Assembly: GCA_009885805.1 (NCBI GenBank)
Contig: VFJZ01000006.1
Coordinates: forward strand, 16,582-80,581
DNA: 64,000 bases
Direction: 5' to 3'
DNA from: Actinomycetota bacterium
GTDB taxonomy: Bacteria; Actinomycetota; Thermoleophilia; Gaiellales; F1-60-MAGs149
Shown here: piece after piece, positions 40,835 to 50,945 of the stretch
How the letters are laid out: the number at the start of each line of letters is the position of its first letter
Numbering within the stretch: position 1 is the stretch's first letter
The notes under the pieces: model-generated
Database searches by the model: none
What the model was told of the DNA's origin: nothing
What the model saw: the letters and a program-made list of their open reading frames with translations, nothing else
Program-made: the position numbers and the translations under genes

Positions 40835-41637
40835 CAGGCCGAGCGGGCGGCGTCGACGAAGCGGCGCGCGCGCTCCGGGTCGACCGGGTTCCACGTGCCG
40901 CCATCGACCTTGAGGTCGGAGCCGACGATGCAGCCGTCGCACGAGCCCAGGTAGCGCGCGATCGTCGCCGCCTTGGCGCCGGTGTTGAGCAGCACCGGCA
41001 CGTCGGCCGGCGTTGCCTCGCGCACGAGCGCGACCGTCTCGACGTCGGGCTCGGCGCCGGCCATCGGGCCTGAGACGAGGATCGCGTCGGCGAGGCTCGA
41101 GACGACCGCCGAGCGTGCCGCCTCCGCCGGGCTCCGCCGCCCGATCGGGCTCGCGAACTCCGGCGTGATGTTCATGAAGACGGCAAGGTCGCCCCGGTCG
41201 AGGCGGCGCCGCTCGCGCAGTACCCAGGCCGCGTCGGGCTGCCACAGGCCCATGTCCGACTCCCAGGCGCCGGTCACCACCTCACGCATGAAGGCGGCGT
41301 CGCTCGCGCAGGCCACCGACAGCGCGCAGCGCGCGTCCCAGAGCACGTCGACTCCGAACGGCCGGTCGAGTTGCGGCCGGCACTCGGCGACGACGCGCGC
41401 CATCACGGCGGCGGTCGTCTGGTCGGTCTGCAGCTGGTACGGGCGGTCGCCCTCGTTGCAGAACATCACGGCGTCGAAGCCGGCGGCCTGGAGGTGTTCG
41501 AGGTCACGCTTGACGGCGTCGATCATCGCCGGCACGCCGCCGCTGGCGTCGTAGAGCGGCGTCCCCGGAAGCGGCGGCACGTGCGCCATCGCGATCAGTG
41601 GGCGCCCGGCGGGGAAGATGGTGCGGAAGCGCGACAC
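40834..41637 (-). CDS. BtpA/SgcQ-family TIM-barrel protein
   Basis: IAMAHVPPLPGTP, FCNEGDRPY, GVDVLWD, NTGA, IVGS. Confidence 0.88.
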   Translation of the reverse strand: MSRFRTIFPAGRPLIAMAHVPPLPGTPLYDASGGVPAMIDAVKRDLEHLQAAGFDAVMFCNEGDRPYQLQTDQTTAAVMARVVAECRPQLDRPFGVDVLWDARCALSVACASDAAFMREVVTGAWESDMGLWQPDAAWVLRERRRLDRGDLAVFMNITPEFASPIGRRSPAEAARSAVVSSLADAILVSGPMAGAEPDVETVALVREATPADVPVLLNTGAKAATIARYLGSCDGCIVGSDLKVDGGTWNPVDPERARRFVDAARSA

Positions 41638-41831
41638 GGTGCGCAACGATACCGGTTCGCTACCGCCGCCGGCTCGAAGCCTCGCTGCCCGCGGAGGAGT
41701 CGGTGCTCGCGAGGGACTTCGGCATCGACCCGGACACCGGCGACACGACATTGCGGGAAGGGTCGATCCTGCGCATGGTGGGTGGAGCGGAGACGTTCTT
41801 CCGGACATGGGCGCTGCCGTAGCATCCGACC

Positions 41832-43055
41832 ATGTCCCGGACCTCCGATCGACCGTCCCTCCTCGACCTGCCGAACGGCGACCGTGTACCGCGCACCTTC
41901 TCGGACGCCGAGTTCGACCGACGGCTGACGGCACTACGCGGCCTGATGCGTGAGCAGGACCTCGATGCCGCGCTGTTCACGTCGATCCACAACGTCGCCT
42001 ACTACTCCGACTTTCTCTACACGTCCTTCGGGCGCCCGTATGGCCTGGTCGTCACGCATGACCGCCAGACGACGATCTCGGCGAACATCGACTATGGCCA
42101 GCCGTGGCGGCGGACGTACGGGGAGAACGTCGTCTACACCGACTGGCAGCGGGACACCTACTGGCGCGCGGTCGCGTCGCTCCTCCCCGCCGCGGCGCGG
42201 CTCGGTATCGAGCACGATCACCTGTCCCTGCAGGGGCTGGAGAAGCTGCGGGGTGCCGCGCCGGGCGTGCAGACCGCCGACATCGCGCCGGGCGCGATGC
42301 GGCTGCGGCTCGTCAAGTCTGCCGAGGAGATCGCGCTGATCCGCGAGGGCGCGCGGATCGCCGACGTCGGCGGCGCGGCGGTTGTCGCCGCCATCGCGGA
42401 GGGCGTCGCCGAGCACGAGGTCGCCCTCGCCGCCACCGATGCGATGGTGCGGGAGATCGCCCGCGCTCATCCGCACAGCGAGATCCGCGACACGTGGGTC
42501 TGGTTCCAGTCCGGCGTCAACACCGACGGCGCGCACAACCCGGTCACCACGCGTCGGCTGCAGCGCGGCGACATCCTGTCGCTGAACTGTTTCCCGATGA
42601 TCGCGGGGTACTACACGGCGCTGGAGCGGACGCTGTTTCTCGGCCACGTCCCGAGCGAACGGCACCTCGAGTTGTGGGAGGCGAACGTCGCCGTCCACCG
42701 CCGTGGACTGGCGCTGATCCGCCCCGGTGCCCGCTGCTGCGACATCGTCGCCGAGCTGAACGAGATGTTCGCCGAGCGTGGTCTGCTCGACCTTCGCACA
42801 TTCGGGTACGGTCACTCGTTCGGCGTGCTCAGCCACTACTACGGGCGCGAGGCCGGGCTCGAGTTGCGCGAGGACATCGAGACCGTCCTCGAACCGGGGA
42901 TGGTGGTGTCGATGGAGCCGATGATCACCGTTCCCGAGGGTCAGCCGGGCGCGGGCGGGTACCGCGAGCACGACATCCTGGTCGTGGATGCGGACGGCGC
43001 GCAGAACATCACCGGCTTCCCGTTCGGTCCCGAGCACAACATCATCGGCGCGTAG
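41832..43055 (+). CDS. Creatinase (creatine amidinohydrolase, M24 fold)
   Basis: SDFLYTSFGRPYG, QPWRR, WFQSGVNTDGAHNP, FGYGHSFG, YREHDIL. Confidence 0.93.
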   Translation: MSRTSDRPSLLDLPNGDRVPRTFSDAEFDRRLTALRGLMREQDLDAALFTSIHNVAYYSDFLYTSFGRPYGLVVTHDRQTTISANIDYGQPWRRTYGENVVYTDWQRDTYWRAVASLLPAAARLGIEHDHLSLQGLEKLRGAAPGVQTADIAPGAMRLRLVKSAEEIALIREGARIADVGGAAVVAAIAEGVAEHEVALAATDAMVREIARAHPHSEIRDTWVWFQSGVNTDGAHNPVTTRRLQRGDILSLNCFPMIAGYYTALERTLFLGHVPSERHLELWEANVAVHRRGLALIRPGARCCDIVAELNEMFAERGLLDLRTFGYGHSFGVLSHYYGREAGLELREDIETVLEPGMVVSMEPMITVPEGQPGAGGYREHDILVVDADGAQNITGFPFGPEHNIIGA

Positions 43056-43067
43056 CCGCGGCGGCTT

Positions 43068-43460
43068 TCAGCAGGCGATCGGGCCCCTGATCTGCTCGAT
43101 GCCGGCCGACGTCGCGGCGCTCGCGTTGTCGTTCAGCGATGAGATGTCGCCCAGGCTGGAGCAGGTCTGGTCGGCCAACTTGCGCACCTCGTCGGCCACG
43201 ACCGCGAACCCACGGCCGGGCTCGCCGGCGCGCGCAGCCTCGATCGCCGCGTTCATCTCCAGCAGGTTGGTCTGGTCGGCGATCGTGCCGATCGTGCCGA
43301 CCAACTGCTCGATCTCGCGCGTCTGCGCGGCCGGTTCCGCGACCTGGCGCCGGATCTCGTCGACCGCGGTGCTCGTCTCGGCGACCGCGCGCGAGACCTC
43401 AGCGACACCCGAAACGCCCGTGTCGGTCGCGGTGCGCGTCTCCTCGGCCGAGACCAGGCC
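43068..43460 (-). pseudogene. Methyl-accepting chemotaxis signalling-domain fragment
   Basis: [37 protein letters not shown]; no start or TM region. Confidence 0.8.
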
Positions 43461-43480
43461 CGTGACATGACCCCGGGGTG

Positions 43481-44356
43481 TCAAGTACCGGCTGTCGCGC
43501 CGGACCGCTTCGGCCGGCGCTGCGCGACGAGCGCGCCTGCCAGGATGATCGCGCCGCCGAGCGCCTGCTGCGGCGTGACGACGCTGCCGAGCGCGATGGC
43601 CGCGACGGCGGCTGTGGCGACCGGCTCGACCGTCATCGCGATCGAGGCCCGCGTCGCGCCGAGCAGGCGCACGCCGGCCAGGAAGGCGCCGTGCGGGAGG
43701 GCGGTGGAGACGATCGCGAGCGCGCCGAGGAGGATCGCGCCGCGCGTCGAGATGTCCGTTGTCAGCTGGCCGGTCGCCGCTCCCGCGCCGCCGAGCGCAA
43801 TCGCCGCGCCGGCGCAGACGAGCGCGGCGAGCTGGAGGGGAGCCAGGCGGCGCATGATGCCGTCCGCGGCGAGCACGTAGGCGGCGTACCCACCGGCGGC
43901 ACCGAGGGCGAGCGCGAGGCCGACCATGTCGAGGCTGGCCGCACCGGCACCGATCGCGACGACGATCCCGGTCAGGGCGAGGGCGACGGCGACCAGCGTG
44001 CGCGGCCGGCAGCGGTCGCGGCGCAGCGCGATCGCACCGACTGCGACGAGCGCGGGATAGGTGGCGAGGACCAGCCCGGCGAGGGGCGCCTCGATCCGCT
44101 GCACGGCGCCGAGGAAGAGCGCGGCCTGGAGGCCGAACAGGCCCGCGCCGAGGAGCACGGCGCGGAGCACGTCCAGCGGCGCGGGGGCGTCCGACCGCGC
44201 CGCGAGCGGCCACAGCACGATCGCCGCCAGCGCGAACCGGACCGGAAGCAGCGTCAGCAGCGGCACGCCCTCGTGCGCCGCGAGCGTGGCGAACGTCGAG
44301 AGGCCGCCAAACGCCGCGGCGGCGATCAGGCACCAGAGCAGACCCGCGTGTCGCAT
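43481..44356 (-). CDS. DMT/EamA-family transporter
   Basis: About 10 TM helices; TYPALV, TVEPV. Confidence 0.88.
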   Translation of the reverse strand: MRHAGLLWCLIAAAAFGGLSTFATLAAHEGVPLLTLLPVRFALAAIVLWPLAARSDAPAPLDVLRAVLLGAGLFGLQAALFLGAVQRIEAPLAGLVLATYPALVAVGAIALRRDRCRPRTLVAVALALTGIVVAIGAGAASLDMVGLALALGAAGGYAAYVLAADGIMRRLAPLQLAALVCAGAAIALGGAGAATGQLTTDISTRGAILLGALAIVSTALPHGAFLAGVRLLGATRASIAMTVEPVATAAVAAIALGSVVTPQQALGGAIILAGALVAQRRPKRSGATAGT

Positions 44357-44426
44357 GCCCTCAGGATCGGCGGTGCTGAATCACTGGCGTACACTGATCG
44401 ATCTAGACTTCCTCAAGGAAGAACCT

Positions 44427-45332
44427 ATGACCCTGCAGCAGCTCCGCTACCTCGTCGCCACCGCCGATCACGGTTCGTTCAGCGGTGCGGCCAGCCATCT
44501 CCTGCTCGCGCAGCCATCGGTCTCCGAGCAGGTGCGCGCGCTCGAGGGGGAGCTCGGTGTCGCGCTGTTCGTCCGCGCCGGGCGCCGTCTGCAGCCGACC
44601 GAGGCCGGCCGGACGATGCTCCGCCACGCCCGCCGCGTGCTCGCCGCCGTCGACGACGCGCAACGCGCCGTGGCCGAGGTTCGCGAGGTCTTGACCGGCA
44701 CGGTCAGCCTCGGCATCTTCGGGACGGCCTCGTACTACCTGCTCGCCGACGTCATCGAGCAGTTCCGGCGGCGCTATCCGGGCGTTCGCGTTCGGCTCGT
44801 CGGTGAGAACTCGGCGCAGGTTGCCGATGACGTCCGCGCCGGCCGCATCGAGGCCGGACTCGTGTTCCTGCCGATCGACGACGACGGCCTCACGGTGCGG
44901 CCGATCCGCCAGGACCAGGCGCTGTACGCGAGCACGCGGCTCGCCCGGGTGCGGGAACCTGCGACCATCGAGCGGCTCGTCGAGGTGCCGCTCGTCCTCG
45001 CCTTCGCCACGCACGGGTCCCGCGACCCGACCCGGCGCCAGCTCGCCGAGCGAGCGCAGCGCGCGGGGCTCGTCCTGGCACCAACGATCGAGGTCGAGGA
45101 GCTCGACGCGGCGCTCGACATCGCCGCGCGCGGTCTTGCCGATACCGTCGTCAGCGCGACCGTCGCCGCCCTGCCCTGGTTCCCGAAGGGGCTCGGCACC
45201 GTCGCGTTCGCCGACCCTCTGTACGAGACGTTCGCGATCGTCACCCGGCGCGAGACGGTCCCGTCTCCGGCCGTCGCGGCGCTGCTGCGGATCGCCGAAC
45301 GGACGCTCGCCGGAGGATCCACAGCAGGCTGA
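44427..45332 (+). CDS. LysR-family transcriptional regulator
   Basis: MTLQQLRYL...GSFSGAA...QPSVSEQVRALEGELG; divergent from the EamA gene. Confidence 0.93.
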   Translation: MTLQQLRYLVATADHGSFSGAASHLLLAQPSVSEQVRALEGELGVALFVRAGRRLQPTEAGRTMLRHARRVLAAVDDAQRAVAEVREVLTGTVSLGIFGTASYYLLADVIEQFRRRYPGVRVRLVGENSAQVADDVRAGRIEAGLVFLPIDDDGLTVRPIRQDQALYASTRLARVREPATIERLVEVPLVLAFATHGSRDPTRRQLAERAQRAGLVLAPTIEVEELDAALDIAARGLADTVVSATVAALPWFPKGLGTVAFADPLYETFAIVTRRETVPSPAVAALLRIAERTLAGGSTAG

Positions 45333-45627
45333 CGAGCAGCACCGGCGCGAGGCCGAGGTGGATGATGTCGCCCTCGATCCGGCCGGCCGTCACGATCGCC
45401 CCGACCATGTTGCAGGCGAGCATCGCGGCGAACGGCACGATGAGGATGCCGGTGACGAGCGCGAGGCCGCCGACCAGTTCCAGCACGCCGACGGCGTACG
45501 TCGTCAGATCCGGGAAGGGCAGGCCGTAGCGGTCGAACGCGGCCGACTCGGCGTCGTGCCGGGTGAACTTCCCGACCGAGAAGGCGACGAACACGACACC
45601 GACGACGATGCGGATGAGGCGCTCCAT
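45241..45627 (-). CDS. DoxX-family membrane protein
   Basis: RIVVGVVF...GK...GLPFP...ELVGGLAL; 3' end overlaps LysR. Confidence 0.78.
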   Translation of the reverse strand: MERLIRIVVGVVFVAFSVGKFTRHDAESAAFDRYGLPFPDLTTYAVGVLELVGGLALVTGILIVPFAAMLACNMVGAIVTAGRIEGDIIHLGLAPVLLVSLLWILRRASVRRSAAAPRRPETGPSRAG

Positions 45628-45656
45628 GCCGATCAGTCGTCGGCCGGCGACGGACG

Positions 45657-46652
45657 TTACGTCGCGAACCCGCAGTCGCGCATCGCCCGGCGGTACGCGA
45701 CCGCAACCGCGTCGAACCGCAGGTGCATCTCGTCGGCGAGGTCGAACGGCACCATCTCCGGACGCTGCGACTCGACGATGCGCTGATCCTGGCCGAAGAT
45801 CGTCTCCTCGAACCCGACGAGGACGTCGTCTGGCTGGTCGAAGTTGTAGTTGCGGCTGACGATGAGGTAGCCGGCGGAGCGATCGGCCGAGACCGGCTGC
45901 GAGACGAAGAAGTAGACCATCCCCTCCGCGCCACCCCAGCCGAGGCGCAGGACGATCGTGTACGGCAGGTGCAGCTCGTAGCGGCTGCGGCGCTCGGGCA
46001 CCGTCAGCGCCTCGTTCGCGAACACCGGGAAGTCGTCGCTGTTCTCGGCCTCCGGTCGGACGACGTCGTAGTGCAGGACGCGGCCGACGGTTCGGACGGT
46101 GTGCTCGGGGACGATCGGGCGGCTCGGATCGCCGAGCAGACCGGGATGCACCCAGGGGAAGTGTCCGAAGTCGGTGAAGTTCTCGACCTGCCGCGAGGCA
46201 TCGCTCGCCCAGTGGTACGGCCCGCACTCGACGGCCCGCCAGGACGGATCCGCGAGCTCCGGGATCTCCGGCAGCGGAACGTCGGGCGCCTCGAGCGCGA
46301 CCCAGACGAGGCCGTACCGCTCGCACGCCTGATACGGCGTGACGCGGGCCTTCGCCGGAATGCGCGTCGGGTCGGCGAGCTGCGGGATCCGCGTGCAGCG
46401 ACCGTCGGTGCCGTACGTCCAGCCGTGGTACGGGCAGACGATCTGATCGCCGTCGACCCAGCCGAGCGACAACGCCGTGCCGCGGTGGATGCAGAGGTCG
46501 CGGAGGGCGTGGACGGCGCCGTCGGTGTCGCGCCAGACGACCACCGCCTCCCCGAGCAGCGTCGCGCCGTGCGGCCTGGTGCCGAGATCGCGCGACCATC
46601 CCACGGGGTGCCAGCAGGCGGCGAGGGACGGCATTCCGGTAGGATCGCGCAT
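45657..46652 (-). CDS. Rieske non-heme iron oxygenase, VanA/NdmA (demethylase)-like
   Basis: CIHRG...CPYHGW; ENFTDFGHFPWVH; QDQRIVESQ; alternative start at 46634. Confidence 0.88.
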   Translation of the reverse strand: MRDPTGMPSLAACWHPVGWSRDLGTRPHGATLLGEAVVVWRDTDGAVHALRDLCIHRGTALSLGWVDGDQIVCPYHGWTYGTDGRCTRIPQLADPTRIPAKARVTPYQACERYGLVWVALEAPDVPLPEIPELADPSWRAVECGPYHWASDASRQVENFTDFGHFPWVHPGLLGDPSRPIVPEHTVRTVGRVLHYDVVRPEAENSDDFPVFANEALTVPERRSRYELHLPYTIVLRLGWGGAEGMVYFFVSQPVSADRSAGYLIVSRNYNFDQPDDVLVGFEETIFGQDQRIVESQRPEMVPFDLADEMHLRFDAVAVAYRRAMRDCGFAT

Positions 46653-46655
46653 CGT

Positions 46656-47774
46656 ATGCTCGACCGCGACGCTCTCGCCGCTGCCACGGCCCCCCTCAGC
46701 CGCGCCCGCTCGATGCCGGCCGGCTTCTACACCGACCCGGCCGTGTTCGCCGCCGAGCGCGAGCACATCCTCCTGAAGCAGTGGTTCTTCACCTGCCGGG
46801 AGGAGATGCTCCCGAACGCCGGTGACTACCGCGCCTTCGACACGCCCGGCGGCCCGATCCTGCTCCTGCGCGGCGCCGACGGGGTGCTGCGTGCCTTCGC
46901 CAACTTCTGTCGTCATCGCGGCTCGCTGCTGGTCGAGGGCGAGGGCTGTACGAAGCGGCTGATCTGTCCGTACCACGCCTGGAGCTACATGCTCGACGGC
47001 TCCCTATGGGGCTGTCCGGACATGAAGGACGCCGAGGGCTTCGATCGGATCGAGAATGGTCTCGTGCCGGTGCGGATGGAGACGTGGAACGGCTTCGTCT
47101 TCTGCACCTTCGCGGACGACTCGCCGCCGCTGATCGAGCATCTCGGCGACCTGCCGGAGCGGCTCGGCTCCCATCGCCTGGGCGAGATGCGCTGCACCTG
47201 GCGGATCACGCTGCAGCCGAACTGCAACTGGAAGCTGATCCTCGAGAACGCGATGGAGACGTACCACACCGGGATCGTCCACAAGGACACGGTCGGCAAG
47301 CAGTCGTCGCGGACGCTCGACACGCGGGGCGAGTGGCTGTGCATCCAGGTCATCGCGGGCCGCTCGATCGCGACGCTGCCCGGCACCGCGCCGCCGTTCG
47401 CGCCGATCGACGGCCTCGACGCCGACGCGCGGCAAGGCACCTACTTCACCGTCATCCACCCGACCTGCCAGTTCGCCGTCTCGCAGGACTGCATGTGGTG
47501 GCTGAACGTCACGCCCGTCGCCCACGACCGCTCGATTCTCGAGGTCGGCGGTTGCTTCCCGGAGTCGGTTCTCGCCGACCCGGAGTTCGAGGCGAAGGCC
47601 GCCGCTTACTACAAGCGCTGGGAGGACGTCGCGCTCGAGGACGTCGGGATCCTGGAGAAGCAGCAGGTCGCTCTCGGCTCGGTGCTGTACCGCCAGGGGC
47701 CGCTGTCGTGGCGCGATGACGAGGTCCAGGCGATCGGTATCTGGGTTCTCGATCACCTGCCGTTGCGGGCCTGA
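46656..47774 (+). CDS. Rieske non-heme iron oxygenase, choline monooxygenase/CntA-like
   Basis: CRHRG...CPYHAW; NWKLILENAMETYHTGIVH; EDVGILEKQQ. Confidence 0.88.
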   Translation: MLDRDALAAATAPLSRARSMPAGFYTDPAVFAAEREHILLKQWFFTCREEMLPNAGDYRAFDTPGGPILLLRGADGVLRAFANFCRHRGSLLVEGEGCTKRLICPYHAWSYMLDGSLWGCPDMKDAEGFDRIENGLVPVRMETWNGFVFCTFADDSPPLIEHLGDLPERLGSHRLGEMRCTWRITLQPNCNWKLILENAMETYHTGIVHKDTVGKQSSRTLDTRGEWLCIQVIAGRSIATLPGTAPPFAPIDGLDADARQGTYFTVIHPTCQFAVSQDCMWWLNVTPVAHDRSILEVGGCFPESVLADPEFEAKAAAYYKRWEDVALEDVGILEKQQVALGSVLYRQGPLSWRDDEVQAIGIWVLDHLPLRA

Positions 47775-47869
47775 CACGGCTCGCGCGTCCCGTGTGCGGA
47801 TCCGACCCGGACCCGCGCGTCCGACCACGCCTACCGTCGTGACGACCCCGCGACGGAAGGAGGCGCAGG

Positions 47870-48721
47870 ATGGCGCCGCACCTGGAAACGATCGACCTGC
47901 CGGACGGCCTCGAGGACCAGGCCGAGGCCGCACTCGGTCAGCCGTTCCTGCTCGATGGGCTGGCCTGGGGGCTGCGGGAGATGGTCGATCTCCTCGCCGG
48001 CCACGAGCCGCCGCCGGGCGCGATCGATCTCGGCGTCCCGGCCCGGGCGTTGCGCGACCGCCTCTTCGACCTCGACGCCGCTGACTTCGAGACGCACCAG
48101 CGCGCGATCCGCCGGACTCCTCGCCACCTCGCGGCGCTGTCGCGGTTCGCCCGTCGTACGGTCGTCCCCGCCTACGCGACCATGGCCGACCTGCCGCCGA
48201 TCGGGGGCGGCGGTGCCCTCGACGGGCTGCGCGCCGAGTTCGGAGCGGCGGTGGCGCCGATTGGCGGCACTCGCGGTGGCTTGCTGCCGACGTGCGAGGA
48301 GTTGCTCGCCGAGGCACCGCCGGACCACGCGAGCTGGGAGCGCCTTGCGATTGCGCTCGTCGCCGACAACGAGGCCGATCGCGTCCTTCGCCACAGCGGC
48401 CTGATCGTGCTGAGCGAGATCGTCGACGATCTCCTCGACCACCTCCAGGACGGCGCCGAGCAGCCCGGCCAGCTGCTCGACTGGGTGGAGGGCGAGCGCG
48501 ACGCGATCGCCGATGCGCACGCGTTCGCCTGGCTCGCGGCGCACCGGGAGGCGTGGCGTCGCACGTCCTCGCAGATGGCGCGCAGTGGCCATCGCGCTCG
48601 TGACCTGACCGGTATCCGCAACCTCGTCGCGACGGGTCTGCACGAGGCGGCGATGCCGTGCTCACTCGACCTGCTCGGGCAGCTCGCGATGTTCGTCGAC
48701 GATGCGCTCGCGGTCTCATGA
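47870..48721 (+). CDS. Hypothetical protein, predicted helical
   Basis: RBS AAGGAGG; typical GC-rich third positions; no recognised motif. Confidence 0.7.
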   Translation: MAPHLETIDLPDGLEDQAEAALGQPFLLDGLAWGLREMVDLLAGHEPPPGAIDLGVPARALRDRLFDLDAADFETHQRAIRRTPRHLAALSRFARRTVVPAYATMADLPPIGGGGALDGLRAEFGAAVAPIGGTRGGLLPTCEELLAEAPPDHASWERLAIALVADNEADRVLRHSGLIVLSEIVDDLLDHLQDGAEQPGQLLDWVEGERDAIADAHAFAWLAAHREAWRRTSSQMARSGHRARDLTGIRNLVATGLHEAAMPCSLDLLGQLAMFVDDALAVS

Positions 48722-48844
48722 GCTACCCCTCGTGTGCATGAAGCGCATCGTCACGATCTCCCCAGCTCGCGAGATCGCGGTTCCGCGCGACGAGCTCGAC
48801 GCGGAGCAGGCGTAGCGCCGCCGTTGCCGGCCGGCGAGCCGCCG

Positions 48845-50830
48845 CTATAGCGCGTCGACGCGGACGAGCGTGCCGTGGATCGCGGTCGAGTCGCCCATGT
48901 CCGAGCGCCGCGCCGTCGTCAGAACGTTGACGTTCCCGCCCCAGCGGCCCTTCGGCATCAGCGCCACGCCTTCCGGTACCTCGTCGCCGATCGCGACGAC
49001 GACGTCGATCGCGCCCGCCTCGCTCGCGACGCGCACGCGCGCGCCGGCGGCGAGCCCGCGGCGACCGGCCTCGGTGGGATGCAGCGTGACGGTCGCCTCG
49101 CCGAGCCGCCCCTGCACCTTGCGGTCGTTGCCGAACGTCGCGTTCATCGTCCAGCTCGACGCGGGCGACAGCAGCCGCAGCCGACCGTCGGTCGGCGCGA
49201 CGTCGGCGTTCGGCTGCGGCAGGCGGGGATGGCCATCTGCCGCGGCGGCGTCGCTCGCGATCTCGATGCGGCCGCTCGGCGTCCCGAACATCCCGTCCGC
49301 GAACTGCACGAGTGGCGTGCCACCGCGGTAGACGCTCCCGCGACGGCGGAGCTCGTCGAGGCCGCTGACGAGGTCCGACCCGGCGACGAGACGTTCCATG
49401 ATCGAGCCGTCCTGCTCGTGCAGGGCCGGCTCGTCGAGGCCCATCGCGGTCGCCAGGCGCCGGAAGATCTCGCTGTTCGGCAGGGCCTCCCCCATCGGCT
49501 CGACCGCCTTCACCTGCGCCGCGAGGCCGAGGTCGAAGTAGGGGATCACGACGTCGTCGTGCTCGATGAACGTCGCCGCGGGGAGGACGATGTCGGCGTA
49601 GCGGACGGTGTCGGTCGGGAACGGCTCCAGCACCACGCTGAAGAGATCGTCGCGCGAGAGCGCCGCGAGCACGTCGCGCTGCCGGGGCGAGGACGCCGCG
49701 ATGTTCATGTTCCAGCAGACCATCGCCCGTGCCCGCGCCGGGTCGGCGAGGACGTCGGGCAAGTCCATGTGCGAGATCGGCGGCGCGGGCGACGCGAGGT
49801 CGTCCGGGACGAGGGCGTCGTAGTCGACGCCGACACGGCTGCCGTCGTTGAGGTACATCAGGCCCGCGCCCGGCTTGCCGAAGTTCCCGGTCACCGCTGG
49901 CAGCGCCGCGCAGGCGCGGAAGATGTTCCCGCCGTCGGGTTGGCGCTGCAGGCCCTGTCCGAGCCAGAGGAGCGACGGGCCCTCGCCGTAGAGGCGCGCG
50001 ACGCGCTCGACGTCCGCCGCGGGCACACCGGTCGCCACCTCGGTGGCCGTTGGCGTCCACGCGGTCAACAGCGGCTCGAGGTCGTCGAAGCCGACGGTGT
50101 GCGCAGCGACGTACGCGCGGTCGACGAGTCCGTCCCGCGCGATCACGTGCAGCAGGCCGAAGGCGAGCGCCGCGTCGGTCCCGGGCCGTGGCTGCAGGTG
50201 GATCTGCGCCCGCGAAGCGGTCGGCGTACGGAGCGGGTCGACCACGACGACGGTGCTGGCGGCCTCGCCGAGCCAGTGCTCGTCCTGGTGCGGCCCGCAG
50301 GCGGACGGGTTCGCCCCCCAGACGAGGATGCAGCGGGCGTCGTCGCGGGTGCGCGGATCGAACCCGGTGTCGGAGGTGCCGAGCACGTAGCCGAGCGCGG
50401 CGTGGCCGGCGTTGTTGCAGATCGTGTCCGGCGTGACCTCGGTCGCGCCGAGCCGGCCGAGGAGCCTCTGGCCGAACGTGTACGAGACGAGCCCGAGGGT
50501 GCCGGTGTAGTGGACGTTCAGGATCGAGGCGCCGCCGTGGTCGCGGACGATCGCGCCGAGCCGCTCGGCGCACTCCGCGAGCGCCTCGTCCCAGCTGACG
50601 CGCTCGAACGTGCCGCTGCCCTTCGGCCCCGTGCGGCGCAGCGGGTGCGTGACGCGGGCGGCGGGGTCGAGCCAGGCGCCGTTGTAGCCGAGCGCGCACT
50701 TGCGGCAGAGCTTGCCGCGCGCGACCGGATGGTCGGGGTCGCCGCGGACGTGCCGGACGGAGCCGTCCGACCGCACCGCGACGAGCACCCCGCAGGCGTC
50801 GTAACAGTCGCGCGGGCAGGTGGTTTTCAC
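48845..50830 (-). CDS. Molybdopterin oxidoreductase (DMSO reductase superfamily, YoaE-like)
   Basis: TCPRDCYDAC...LC; RVSWDEAL; TICNNAG; WGANP; PGTDAAL; ADIVLPA. Confidence 0.9.
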   Translation of the reverse strand: MKTTCPRDCYDACGVLVAVRSDGSVRHVRGDPDHPVARGKLCRKCALGYNGAWLDPAARVTHPLRRTGPKGSGTFERVSWDEALAECAERLGAIVRDHGGASILNVHYTGTLGLVSYTFGQRLLGRLGATEVTPDTICNNAGHAALGYVLGTSDTGFDPRTRDDARCILVWGANPSACGPHQDEHWLGEAASTVVVVDPLRTPTASRAQIHLQPRPGTDAALAFGLLHVIARDGLVDRAYVAAHTVGFDDLEPLLTAWTPTATEVATGVPAADVERVARLYGEGPSLLWLGQGLQRQPDGGNIFRACAALPAVTGNFGKPGAGLMYLNDGSRVGVDYDALVPDDLASPAPPISHMDLPDVLADPARARAMVCWNMNIAASSPRQRDVLAALSRDDLFSVVLEPFPTDTVRYADIVLPAATFIEHDDVVIPYFDLGLAAQVKAVEPMGEALPNSEIFRRLATAMGLDEPALHEQDGSIMERLVAGSDLVSGLDELRRRGSVYRGGTPLVQFADGMFGTPSGRIEIASDAAAADGHPRLPQPNADVAPTDGRLRLLSPASSWTMNATFGNDRKVQGRLGEATVTLHPTEAGRRGLAAGARVRVASEAGAIDVVVAIGDEVPEGVALMPKGRWGGNVNVLTTARRSDMGDSTAIHGTLVRVDAL

Positions 50831-50945
50831 GACGCGATCGATGGGCGTATCGTTTCATAGAGTGGGCGGACCCGAGAACCCTGGTTGATCTTCGTCGCCG
50901 GTGGACGGCGTATCACTTCAAGCGGTCTGTTCTATCGTCCCCCCA

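Noticed and set aside
43068-43460. Functional chemoreceptor
   Set aside because: Only part of the signalling hairpin, with no start and no che genes
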